From: Octopus bimaculoides
Taxonomy: Eukaryota
DNA: 64,000 bases
Direction: 5' to 3'
NCBI RefSeq assembly: GCF_001194135.2
Contig: NC_068984.1
Span: 67,204,733 to 67,268,732 of the forward strand
Shown: positions 1 through 13,900 of the stretch, in pieces
Numbering within the stretch: the first letter of the stretch is position 1
Layout of the letters: each line of letters starts with the position of its first letter
Translations under genes and position numbers: made by a program
Notes under the pieces: generated by a model
Database searches by the model: none
What the model was told of the DNA's origin: nothing
The model's input: only the letters and a program-made list of their open reading frames with translations

Positions 1-1890
1 CCAAGTGGAACACATGGTGTCTTTCTAAACAATAGTAATAGGACGAGCCACTCCAACAGCAACAATATCAAACTAGGCGTCTTTCAAGGTGACCCCCTCT
101 CTCCATTACTTTCTTTTGCATGTCACTGATCCCACTCTCAAACGAATTGATTAACAACTGATATGGGTACAAAATTTTTAACAATATAATAAACAATTTT
201 TTTACATGGACAATCTGAAGTTGTTTGCTAGGAATGACAAATAACTAGTAGGGCTGCTAACAATTGTTAAAGAGTTTAGCAATGACATCAGGGTGGATTT
301 TGACGTCAGAAGAGAGTTAAAGCAACTTTTGTAAGAGGCAAGGTCAGACAAACAGTTTTCATTAAATTAGATATCGACGCTACCATCAAGGAACTTGACC
401 CACCGGAAAATTATAAATATTTGGGAGTAAACGAAAGAGTTTGGGTACGTCATGTTACCATGAAGGAAAGTATAAGAAACGAATACTAAAAGAGAAAAAG
501 ACTTGTACTGCAGTCTGAACTCAACTCGAAAAATCGCACCGAAGCTATTACCCTGGCACTTCCAGTAGTTCTAATTAGTTTTAACATCATTAATTGGAAT
601 TCTACGGAGCTCCAGCACCTGAGCAGGATGACAAGAAAATTATTGGCATTTAAGTATACATAGCACTTAAAGGCAGACGTTGACCATCTGTACCTGCTTA
701 AAAGCAGTGATGAAAGAGGAATGATGCAATTAGAACTTTGCTATAAGACATCCACTATAGAAATGAACAGAGGATTGGATGCTGCTACCAGTGTGCGAAA
801 ATGAAAGCAACAAAAAATTACATTCTATTGTCAAGGAAGCTTATAAATTCGTGAGGGAACTTGCCATTAACTGTGAATTGGATGAAAAACTTGCAACCAC
901 TGCTACCAAGCAAGCAAAACGAATCAAGCAGACTGGGAAAAAAAAGAATGGCAGAAACAAACTGAGGAGGGGTGGAGCCAGAAGCCCCTGCATGGGCAAT
1001 ATATTCTTCGAAGTCAAAATAATATAGACAAAGTAACAACCCGTCACTCGCTGAGAAGTAAACGATTGAAAGTAGAGACTGGATGCGTCATACTGGTGGA
1101 ACAAGATCAAAGCTTACTTACCAGGAATTACTAGTCTAACATTCTTCAAAACGGTACTGACGCTAGATGCAGATTCTGTGGCACATTTGACAAAACAATA
1201 GACTATCTTGCTTCGGGATGTCCTATGCTGACACCAAACGAATACAAAAACCGCCACGATAGTGTAGGACAGTATTTATATAGGAAAATATGTAAGCACT
1301 GCAAAATTGGCACACTTACTAACTGTTATGAACATTATACTGTGCCAGTAGTTGAAGGTTAAAATGTCACCATCCTCTGGGATTTTCCAGTCAACACTGA
1401 CAGAAAGATCCAGGCTAATAGACCAGAGAAAATGATTGAATACTAGGAAGAAAATACTTCTAGACTAATAGATATATGTGTTGCCACTTGTAAAAATATA
1501 TCTGTAAAGCAACTTGATAAACTGAGTAAATATAAGGACCTGGAAATTGAAATACAAAAGATGTGGCATCTTAAAGCAAAAACTGTTCCTGTTATTGTAG
1601 GTTCCCTAGGTAAGACAAAAACGGGATGTCAGAAACATCTAGACAATATCTCACAGAAATCCAAAAGATTGTGCTCACAATTACTGTCCACATCCTTAGA
1701 AAAAACCTATGAATTTAAATGTTAGTGTTGTATTATATGGAGGTATTTCGCTACTGTCCTAGCCACTTCCAGCCACTCTAAGCTTTCAGTTATACTTAAC
1801 CTTTACTTGCCGCAAGGCGCTGGTGCGTCTCGGCAAGTGATCGCAACAAACTTGCAGATTAAAAGTAAATACGAGCAATAATAACAACGA
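1..1890 (+). mobile_element. Decayed R4/Dong-clade non-LTR retrotransposon, 3' portion (RT C-terminal half, CCHC knuckle, restriction-like endonuclease, 3' UTR); runs off the window start
   Basis: Manual translation across stops and frameshifts gives KLGVFQGDPLSPLL (~70-111), YMDNLKLFARND (~203-238, the YMDD motif), YKYLGV (~414-431), CRFCG..DYLASGCP (~1165-1225), NRHDSVGQYL (~1250) and ILWDFPVNTDRKIQANRP...LID...KYKDLE..MW..KTVPVIVGSLG (~1370-1610). This RT+CCHC+RLE order is typical of R4/Dong. It ends in an AAT/AAC-rich tail (aataataacaac ~1877-1888). Confidence 0.9.
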
Positions 1891-1899
1891 TCCTGATAT

Positions 1900-1975
1900 T
1901 CTGGGTTAGTCGATTACACTGACACCAGGTTTTGACCGGTACTTATTTCATCAACCGAAAGTATGAAAAAATCAA
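1900..1975 (-). mobile_element. SINE family A internal fragment
   Basis: ttagtcgattacactgacaccagg..ggtacttatttcatcaaccgaaagtatgaaa matches the core of the better copies at 16041-16244 and 28428-28630. Confidence 0.65.
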
Positions 1976-2864
1976 TCAAGCGACCATCGTAATCGCAATT
2001 GGTTAGTCTCTCTCGCATAAACAAGACTTGTATAGGGAATACAAATGAATCGATAACTGACCAATAAAATTTATTAATCCGTGCATGAAATAAAGTTCGT
2101 CTCAAATCGATATTAGATAGAAAATTCCGGTAAGATGGCAGGTGCTATGCAACTCCATTTTAAAAGCAACAAATGATGCTTCTAATAGGATAATCAAATC
2201 TGTAAATAGAAAGAATGTAAAAGGTAGGCGTGTACTACAACTGTTTCAAAAGCATATCGGGTATATTTTACGCAACATTATGAATGTCTTATAGCTGCCG
2301 GTGTACGTTTTAGTTTGGTACATACGGCTGTTGAGTTAAAATAGTCCACTGCAATATAGAATACGCGCGCGCGCGCACACACTCACACTTACTTGATGTG
2401 TCTTTTGACATGTTCCATAGCTTATGTAATCAAAATTGCGTAGAATGTATTTCAGAATTAATGTCTTGAATTATACTGCTCGTGAAACGGAGAACAATTC
2501 GTCAACTAGAAAGGGACTGAATTAGGGTTTTATTTTCTTCTTCGGATATAGTTTACTGTGGGGTAGAATGTATGCGATAATGTCACACTGTTCATAGTTA
2601 TTTCTTTTAAGAACGTTTTACGGTATTCTCAGTTTTTCACATGTTTTGAAATTAAAAGTACAATTTTAAGGTCCAGGAGAAAGCTTTTGAAAAGTGGCTA
2701 AGAATTCAACAAAAAATTATATCCTGTTATTTGTTGAAAAAAAAAATGTTTATAAATGTTTATAATCATAGATCAAGTATCTATTAATTTTAAGTAACGT
2801 CTGTTGTTATGATCTGTATCATCATAATAGAACAGTGGTGTCTATATGAAACGCAATATTCCAT

Positions 2865-2985
2865 TTCGTTCCTTCACGTTCTGAGGTCAAAGCTCTCTCG
2901 GTATCAGTTTACTTTTAATCCTTTCGGCAGCAATAAAATATATATTAGCAACATAAATGATAACAGAGTCGATTCAATTTGTATA
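2865..2985 (+). mobile_element. Old SINE family A fragment
   Basis: acgttctgaggtcaaa..tttaatcctttcggcagcaataaaata..gagtcgatt resembles the family A B-box and core. Confidence 0.45.
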
Positions 2986-3289
2986 TAACCATCAAATTCT
3001 TCTCATTGTCATACATGTATCCTAACACTTTTGTAGTTTCTTCAGCTGTTAGCATTGATGTTAAGGAAATGGATGCCGTTAGGGTTTTATTACTATATTT
3101 ATGGCTAGTTTTGTTGTTGTACATGATGTTACCTTTAAGATCTTACTCTTAGATATGCTTTGGTCATCATGTTTAAAGAAAGAAACCAATTTAACTAGAT
3201 TTCTTCGCAACACATGCTAATTAAAGCCTTCATATATTACATGCATATAACATTCAACATTTAAAACGTATTTGCTGTCTCCAACCACA

Positions 3290-3790
<501 letters not shown>

Positions 3791-4230
3791 TTAACATCAC
3801 TACTAACTGCGTCACGCCAAGCTAGCGGAATAAAGCTCATAAAAATAATATCGTTAAGTTTTCCTGCAGTAATATATTACGTAGCGTAAATTCTGGTTGT
3901 TATCTGCCTTCCATGTAGCAACTGGCGTGCTTCAAAAGGTTAATAAACTTTAGGATTTTCTTATCAGTGTATTGGGATTTCTACCAGATTTATCAAAATG
4001 TGTTGCAACATTTATATCATTTATATGTGAAACTATACAATAATATATGCAATTGTACACGTGTTGCTTGCTTTTTATTTTAACATTTGCGGATGAGATG
4101 AAAATATCAAACAAAATGTAAATAGACACCACCGCAATAGAGATAAAAGAAACCGCTTATGCGTAAGCTTAATTTCAGAAATGCCTCACACATTTACATA
4201 TACAATATATACATATATACATACATATAC

Positions 4231-4302
<72 letters not shown>

Positions 4303-4559
4303 AATGCATGGGCGCTGTGTCTGGTTGTCAGCATTTATGTTTATATGCCAGTAAACCTTGTTGTTCCAATCCATGCCTTTTGGACTTAGTATCTCGTCAA
4401 TAGCATTGAAATATTTTCCATATTTATATCACTATAAAACATAACAGTATCATAATAGATTTCAGCTGCTTCCTTTGGAGTTCACGTATTTCATTCAGAA
4501 TGAAACTTTGTGGTAAAATTTAGAAAGCGTAAAACCGAAGCCTCCTATTTAATGGCTGT

Positions 4560-4740
<181 letters not shown>

Positions 4741-6109
4741 GGAGTTTTTTTAAGGGAAGTGGTCCTGATCTGGCTGAATTGAGAGTATCTATTGAATGCA
4801 GGTAGTGCTCTCTGTATGAGTATGTGGAGTTAGCAATGATGGATTTGGTTAGATCTCTACTAGTGATTTGGGAAAAGAATGCGCTGGAATAATTTTCTAT
4901 TGCCACGGCCTCAGGGGTTGAAATTAAGCCTGCAAGTTTGAGAAAAGTACTGCCACTACTAGAAAAGCTAATTATATTTCTGAATTATATTTACTAAAGA
5001 GAAAGAACCAAACCGCTAGAAGCTACCGTATTTGCCCGAGGTTGCATTCAGTGTTAATATTTGAAACGTATATCTATAAGATAGTTTTCCAACATAGTTT
5101 TGATTTGTTTATCAGTGATATCGTAAATTGTCATTGTAACTATCACGGTTAGTCCTTATTGGGTAAAATATCTTAAGGATTAAGATTCAAACATGTCCAT
5201 TTAAGAAAACGGCTGGAACTGATATATAGGACAGAAAGTGTTGAGATGTTCACCCATTTCTTCCAATCACTCTCTCAATCACTTTCTCTACCACGTTGGG
5301 TAAGAATATATTTCAAGGCTCTCATTTCTTGGAGCGATATATTCGGTACCTCCTTAGGTTGCAGTAAAGCCTACGAGCCTTTTACTGAACGATGTATTTG
5401 TAATACAGCTAGAACTTGCCTTTGAATGACATCTCCCTCGTAACTTTGCTATATTAGCAGACATACTACATTATATATAATCTAAGATACATAGATCATA
5501 CACATGAATCTAACTATACCATTCTTTATCTTTTCAGTTCCATCAATCTGTTTTTCGTCCGTATGTATACATACATTCACATACCGTGTGAATGGAAATG
5601 TACTCTACCAACTAAAACATGCCATTAATTTGATATGTGCATTGGATAGTAGTTCCTAGTCCAATGCGTATAAGAAAATAACATATCTATTTTGTAACTT
5701 TATGAACTGTGTTGCATTTTAATATATAAAACAAAGTTTATTCCTCAAGTGTCTAGGCGGATTCCGTTCTTGTATGAACACTTGCAATTTCAATATTCAT
5801 GAAATGGCGATCAGAGTATTAAACAGTTCAAATAGTAGACACAGAATGTACTTTAGCTATATTGCCAAAATAGATTTCTTTCTGAATTTCAAACAGTAAA
5901 TTATACAAAAATAATATAAAAATAGCGAAACCAATGGCTTGAATCACAATTCATTCATGTTTACATATTATGTGGATGAATGATTTATATAGATAAATTT
6001 GTGTAGTTCTTTTGTACCAAAATTACTTGGTTTCTTAGAGCATTATAACTTCAGGTTGGCCAATATATTGCGAGCGATAATCGGTAGTAGGAGACCGCGT
6101 AGATGTATG

Positions 6110-6140
<31 letters not shown>

Positions 6141-6299
6141 CTATCTATCTATCTATCTATATATCTATCTATCTATCTGTCAGTCTGTCTGTCTGCCTCT
6201 CTGTCTGTCTGTCTGTCTGTCTGTGTATCCGTCTAATAATTGAAAGTACGGTAAGCAATCTAAAGGTCGGGTGTTCGGTCCTTATCAGGGGCATGTTTC

Positions 6300-6350
6300 T
6301 TCTTAATGGCGGTGCTCCATCATGGCCACAACCTCTGACCGAAACCGGTA
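6300..6350 (+). mobile_element. SINE family B 3' tail fragment
   Basis: aatggcggtgctccatcatggccacaacctctgaccgaaac matches the tail seen at 59495-59550 and, inverted, at 57955-57995. Confidence 0.55.
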
Positions 6351-6890
6351 AGACATATACTAAGAGAGAGAGTTTCAAGGTAAAAATGAGCGTATATTTT
6401 TGGTAAGCATTTTTGTAATCTTATTGTGAATTGTAGATACTGCGGTGAAGCTATGTTTTTCTCTGCATGATTAGTAAAAATGAAATTGAATCAGTTAGTT
6501 CAATCACCATTACCGCTTCATTCACGTTCGATAACTAATTTCCTTGATGATAAAAAGAACAGTTTCATACAGATATTACAAATTTGGATAGAACTCAATT
6601 CATCTGTCCTAATTTACACAACGTTCCTTGAAATATATAAGCACCATATACCACGGTAGTCAGTTATTACATGCGCAAGGCTGTGTGGTTGAATAGTGTA
6701 GCTATGGACGAGTGTTTGCGACGGACTGTTGTTCACATTACTTCATATAAAGAACAGGGTATTTTGTATTTGTGTAAAGTATTTGAACGGCCGGATTTTT
6801 TCCTGCTTGAGCATTTTAATACAAGAATAATATCTCAATCATTTTTATTCTCTTGAACAGAATCAGGAGATTTTTGTGGTGTGCAAATAT

Positions 6891-7085
6891 TGGTTTCAAA
6901 TTTTGGAGGCGAGAGTAAATCGATTACATCGACCCTAGTGTTCAACTGGAACTAATGTTATTGACTCCGAAAGGATGAAAGGTGAAGTCGATCCCAGAAG
7001 CATTTGAACACAGAGCGTAAAAACAGACGAAATGCCGCTAAGCATTTGGCTCGGCTTGCTAACAATTCTGTCAGAATGTCACCCT
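6891..7085 (-). mobile_element. tRNA-derived SINE, family A, near full length
   Basis: Collinear with the copies at 15158, 16041 and 28428 (tggtttcaaattttgg...tcgattacatcgaccc...ggatgaaagg...gacgaaatgccgctaagcattt...ctaacaattctg). Confidence 0.88.
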
Positions 7086-7206
7086 AATCAAAATATTAAT
7101 ACGACATCAGGGTTGCAATGAATTATTATCAAGGATTCATGGATTAGTGAATAATCATGCCGAAGTTTAATCTCCTAGGGCGTAACTAATTTTGAATCAA
7201 CATTAA

Positions 7207-7233
7207 TGGTAAGGGTTAGGGTTAGGGCTAGGG
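7207..7233 (+). repeat. Short interstitial (TTAGGG)-like array
   Basis: ggtaagggttagggttagggctagggttag is directly visible. Confidence 0.8.
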
Positions 7234-7547
7234 TTAGTTTTGCAGATTTTGGAAGGAAAATTATTTTCTCGAAATTTTGCAATCTGAGGTCAGTTGTATT
7301 TGTAGTTAGAATCATATTTGACTTCCTCCAAACACATGGAGAAAGTTTAGTGCTTCATAACGCAATTGCGGATATGAAGGAGTGCTTCATGAATTTGTTT
7401 TCTTTTTTATATGCTTATCGGGATAATATCAACAACTTTGCCAGGTCTAGAGAATGCATCTCGCAACTATTCCATTGTATTAACCTTCATACGATCCTGA
7501 GATTGACTGCGATCGGAAATTTAATATTGTTCTTGCATTATGTAATA

Positions 7548-7594
<47 letters not shown>

Positions 7595-7887
7595 GTCTCT
7601 ATGTATCTATCTATCATGGGTATACATGTATATAGGCAGTTTAATATCTNNNNNNNNNNNNNNNNNNNNNNNNNNNNNNNNNNNNNNNNNNNNNNNNNNN
7701 NNNNNNNNNNNNNNNNNNNNNNNNNNNNNNNNNNNNNNNNNNNNNNNNNNNNNNNNNNNNNNNNNNNNNNNNNNNNNNNNNNNNNNNNNNNNNNNNNNNN
7801 NNNNNNNNNNNNNNNNNNNNNNNNNNNNNNNNNNNNNNNNNNNNNNNNNNNNNNNNNNNTTTAATATTGTTCTTGCATTATGTAATA

Positions 7888-7934
<47 letters not shown>

Positions 7935-10900
7935 GTCTCTATGTATCTATCTATCATGGGTATACATGTATATAGGCAGTTTAATATCTCTGTTTCACTC
8001 TCTCTATATATACATTTAGATGTATGTAAGATATACATACATATATACACGCATGCATATATATATATATACATGTATATACATACGTATGCATATATAT
8101 ATATATATATACACACGTATGTATATATATATATATACAGACCTATACATGTATATACATATACATACACATACTTCTACATATATACATATATATNNNN
8201 NNNNNNNNNNNNNNNNNNNNNNNNNNNNNNNNNNNNNNNNNNNNNNNNNNNNNNNNNNNNNNNNNNNNNNNNNNNNNNNNNNNNNNNNNNNNNNNNNNNN
8301 NNNNNNNNNNNNNNNNNNNNNNNNNNNNNNNNNNNNNNNNNNNNNNNNNNNNNNNNNNNNNNNNNNNNNNNNNNNNNNNNNNNNNNNNNNNNNNNNNNNN
8401 NNNNNNNNNNNNNNNNNNNNNNNNNNNNNNNNNNNNNNNNNNNNNNNNNNNNNNNNNNNNNNNNNNNNNAGAGAGAGAGAGAGAGAGAGAGAGAGAAGAA
8501 TTTTGAAAGGGGGAAATCTGTAGAAAGTGAAAAAAAATCAACACCACTAATACCATGTGAAGTTAACATACATCAAAGTCACTATAGAGAATAATTAACA
8601 TATAATCAGCTTTTGTGGAGTTGTCGATTCTTTTCTTCAATAATAATGAGCAAGCTAAATCTCCTTCAACACTATACAGCAGAGCGCTGACAAGGAGGAT
8701 TTGTTGAGTACTAAATTCCATCTCATTCATCAATTTCTATATTAATTTTGGACCTTTTGGACTTGTCTAAACTTTAAGTGTCTTTCTCATTCCTAAGATC
8801 GCAGAGCACGACATGCATAAATAATGTGCTATTAGTAATATAATCGCAAGAACAGTTTGCTATAATAAAAATACTGAACTATTTCACTCAGATTTTCCTG
8901 TTACTTTGGTCGATTAAAGATGAAGGAAATAATCCTGAAAAGAAATTTCTAGCCAGATATAGAAATATCGTGCCAACATACGTAATAAGGTAACGAATAT
9001 ATCTAGTGAATAAAGTAAAATAATTGATTAGCATTGAAGTAAATAATTTACAAAACGGCATTATCGCCTGTAAGAGGATTTTATACCTAAAAATAGTAAG
9101 GAATCAGTTGTAAGAAGTTTTACTTTATTCCTTGTCGGTGTAATTTGCAATTTTCAGCTGTGCAACTTCTGCAACTTCTTAATAACGAAAGTGTTCAGAA
9201 AAAAAGTATTCTTAACAACGAACTAATTTCACAACGAAATGAACAATAAAACAGATATTACTATTGATCTGGAACGTATGCTAGAGTTTCTTGGGAAAGT
9301 TATCTTTTTTTCTAAAAGAAGTTATTAACTGGTGAAATTTATTTCATTTCGAATATTCTTTGGAATTTTTCGTTTTAATTAGAATCTCACGAATCTTTCA
9401 TTGAAACCCGTATGCAAACAAACTATATCTGAAAAGATATATATGACCTAAAGGAGAACAGCACCAAACTGGAGATTCTTTTTTTCACTTCATCATCTCT
9501 GAATCGATATATTGCATTTTCTATCAGAGATTGTTGCAATCTAAATATCCTATTTACAAGTGTCACCTTCCAGCGGTTGATGATGAAATTTCCTTACTGT
9601 TGTATAAGATATATATATATATATATTGTTAAAACATTGCAATAGTCATATACAATACGTACACACATGCACGATACCGAATAAAAGACAAGCTATTTGA
9701 TTCAGTGATCATATTTTTCTACCCCAGATTATTTGTTTATCTATAGAAATATGCAGTAATTTTTAAATTTTCATGCTATAGATAGTATTATGGAATATGA
9801 AAGTATACAACTTTGAGCACGTTTCAGTATATAAGTCAGTAAAAGTTATCTGAAACGTCTACATATCCTTATAAAATAAATCTTGACCAAATAATGTATA
9901 TAATAGGCATAATTATGGAATTCTGTTGCATGAAATGACCGGCGCTGTTTGTGTACATTTTAACCGGTCATCTGCTTTCAGGTTGACATTTGTAATTAAT
10001 CCTCGTTATACAAGATGAAAGATTGTTCATGTTCAAGTGCAATCTTCCAAATTTATTGACACGAAATATTACATGATGATTTTGAAGACGCTGTGATGTC
10101 TGTAAATATTTTGCTATCAGGATCAGGCATAAGTAATATACTTTAGATATTTAGCAACAATGTAATAGAATCAAAATCAAACGGTAGAATACAATGTATA
10201 CGAAATTTGATTTTATGTCTTTTCTGAAACATGAAACATTTTCCTATAAACTTATAAGTGACTAAAACAGTGTATACGTAGACAAATTCATAGCAACAAA
10301 TGTGTGAAAATAGCATTTGTGTATCTCAAGTTAAATTTGTATTCTAAATTCTAAATAAAAGTTGTTTTCATGACATCTTGAACAACAATTCTGATTAGGA
10401 AAGAAAAACATAGAAGACGATTGATTCCATTTAGTTATTCGACTTTGCAAGAAAAACAAATGACAGTCAAGTTTCCTTTAAATCGTGTCCTATATTTAAA
10501 AAATGGACACATTCAATAATGTCGACTGCTTTGTACGCTAGTTGGCAACAACAACAAAAAGAGAAAAAAATGTCATCTTCATGGTTTAAATGTATAACAA
10601 ATCTATCTGATTAATGTTGCCAAGCGGCTGAACATCACTACCGACAACAAAAACAATATATCTGCACATATTAATTCAGAACGATGATGCACATAGTAGA
10701 GAACGTTTGATTCTATTTAGGCATCCATTTTAATCCTTAAACGGCGGGAAAGGCACAAGATATCTTTTTTTTAAGGGTAGTCCTCATATGTATTTTCGCT
10801 CTAAATAAATTAAAAAAGTATAACTCAGGCTGTTGCACAATAAAATTTACTATCCAATCGTTGTGAGTATAACTTCATTTGAGATTTCTGTGCAACCTAG

Positions 10901-13900
10901 ATCATCATCATCATCATCATCATTATGTACCTCATCTGATGGTAAAGGAAACCAAAGCGAAACCCTTTATCTCTGTATAAATCTTTCATTTGCGACTTGA
11001 TTTCTCTGTGATAAGAGCCACTCACATTTATGCGCATTTGACAAAGTAGACGCTCTATATAAATTTTTTGAATCATTACTTGATACTACCTCCTGTTCTC
11101 TAATGAAACAACAAGTGATGATGTCCGCGTTTTGGGGGGTTAAAAGGATAATTTGTAATATTTACTATACAGCAATGTACGAAGGAGAGCTAAATGAATA
11201 AATATAGCACCATTGTAAATACTCTTCGATTATTCGCGGCTCCTTTCTTTTCAGAGATCGAACTTGGCGCAGGAAATTTTGCATTTCAACTCATAGAGGT
11301 ACAATAGATACGACTTGTTTATTATTACATGCTGGCAAAAGATGTATCAATAATACCAAAGTAACTGTCCAATATTAGATAGACTCCATGTAATATACTG
11401 CCATGCAAAATTTCACATTTAACCTTATGACAAGAAATCAATATACAAAATGGGATCATAAATATTTAACTGAAAAATAAAACACTTCGTCACATTTTAT
11501 ATAGTTTTGTGACTGTTTAAACACAATTGTAATCACACATATACGGATTTACACACCATGTGCAATCAGAAATACACATGAAATCAGAAAAACTTATCCA
11601 CAGCTTTTGGTATAGTCTCATCTTATGTCGAATGATTCATTACCACAGAAAACATGTATCACATAACGCCATTAAATTAATAGCCTACGAATCTACTAAT
11701 GTGTTGTACGTTGAAGGTGGTTGAATATATTAAATATTCTGAACTAATTTAAAATTGAAACGACAGCTTACACATTTAGAAATGTATAAATATCGAAATC
11801 AACACGATGTATAGCTTATATGTTGCCATTCGACATGTTAGAAACAGTAGCCAAATCTATCTAAAATAATGCAAAAGAATGTAATGTAATAAGTATTTTG
11901 CATAACGTAGTCCTAAAATAGCAGCCTTTGAGCAACTAATAGATAAACATTTTCGAATTTAAACAAGGGCTGAAACAACAACAATACTAGCAACTTACAA
12001 GATTTATATGTACAGATATCAATCAGCACAAACATAATAGCCAACAACCGTAAGGATTTCTATACACAGAAGATATACATTTCATCTTCTTTGTGGTGTA
12101 CAGGAGTGGGCAACTGGCAACATTCGGGTCACATGCAGCGCTTTTTAGCTTTTTTTGTTTGGCACACATAATGTCATGAATATGTAAAAAACACTTTTCT
12201 CTCTAAAATATGCAGATAATCTATTTTTTTATTGAATTATTATATGAAAGCTTGCGTTGAATTTACTTACAGAACACTTTTGTGATTTGCTTAATAAAAT
12301 ATACGTACTTTATTTATTAGATTAAGCTGTATTACATATGATGTTTCTTAAAGTATAAATTTAATTGTGCGATCCAATTTATGATGAGTAATATCTCTTG
12401 TGGTACGCTGCTAGAAAGAAACTTGGCTCCCCACGTTTGGAGTGCTAAATATCAAAAGAAATAAAATTAAAGACTAATGCAAGCCAAAAACAGCGACCGA
12501 TACTTTCTTTCTCCAAACGTGTGTGTATTTATTGGGACAAAAATATGCAACAAGTAAAGTGGTGAATGACAAGTTTGAGAATCTTTAGTTTCTTTCTTTA
12601 AACATTACATAACCAGAAGCAAAGCAAGTAATTATGGTGGCTTAATTTCGTACTAAGAAATGTCATTCAAATGAAACTAATGGATTTTGCTTCTGAACGT
12701 TTTATATTGTAACTATCGCATATTCAATTAAAGTACAAATAATTATAGGTCGTCAAATCTTGAATGATAATTTACTCATTAGCAAGCAATTTAGCAAAAG
12801 GTACGGGATTTAGTGAAGAAAATATGCAAAGCTGCATCTCAGTTATATTGCGTATTGTGTTTGTGTTTCTCTTAGTTTCTCACCACACATACACACACAC
12901 ATACACACACACACACACCACACACATTATATATGCATAATAACTTGGTGGACATATAACAAGTCAGTGGACATTAAACAATCTCTAGTGAGGCTTCTTT
13001 ATCAATGTATTTAAGAAACCCAAACTAATGGGTCAGAACATGGTGTACCTAATAAGAGTCTATATATATATATATATANNNNNNNNNNNNNNNNNNNNNN
13101 NNNNNNNNNNNNNNNNNNNNNNNNNNNNNNNNNNNNNNNNNNNNNNNNNNNNNNNNNNNNNNNNNNNNNNNNNNNNNNNNNNNNNNNNNNNNNNNNNNNN
13201 NNNNNNNNNNNNNNNNNNNNNNNNNNNNNNNNNNNNNNNNNNNNNNNNNNNNNNNNNNNNNNNNNNNNNNNNNNNNNNNNNNNNNNNNNNNNNNNNNNNN
13301 NNNNNNNNNNNNNNNNNNNNNNNNNNNNNNNNNNNNNNNNNNNNNNNNNNNNNNNNNNNNNNNNNNNNNNNNNNNNNNNNNNNNNNNNNNNNNTATATAT
13401 ATATATATGATGAAATATGGATTCAGAGAATCATGCAGTTATCAGAGTAAGCTCCTAATTTGGAATCAGTTATCAATCTTCGTAGTCATCAATTACTATG
13501 TAATGTAATGTGTCCGTGTAACTGAACATCCATAAAATACGAGCGATAAAATATTCTGTGAGGAGTATATAAAACATGAAGTCGGGAAGTGTGAAGATGA
13601 ATTTGTTTCAATATGTGCTCAGCATTACACAATATTCACAAATTAATGCAAAATAAAATAACTAACTTCACATAGTTTCATCTAAGACTCATACGATGCA
13701 AAATGAAAAGAAAATATAAGAAACGATCTTTGAGATTGAAATATGATATATAAAAGTATATAAAAAGGAAGTCTCTGGTTTGACTAAAACTTCGGTTCTT
13801 CGAATTTGTATTCAAGTTTATTTAAACAAAAACGCAATGCTTAATATATGTACCTTACATATTGCTTTGCTATACATACATACATACATACATACATACA

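Noticed and set aside
4750-4962. ~70 stop-free minus-strand codons (..AIENYSSAFFSQITSRDLTKSIIANSTYSYREHYLHSIDTLNS..) running into the (TAC)n tract
   Set aside because: No recognisable motif, no clear splice boundaries, and much of the ORF length comes from the microsatellite.
7520-7989. ~130-bp direct duplication on either side of the 7650-7859 gap
   Set aside because: The copies differ mainly in (TATC)n length and abut a gap, the typical signature of unmerged allelic contig ends.
9925-9980. Hairpin atgaccgg/ccggtcat as a possible pre-miRNA
   Set aside because: Only an 8-bp contiguous stem with a 21-nt loop and heavily bulged extensions.
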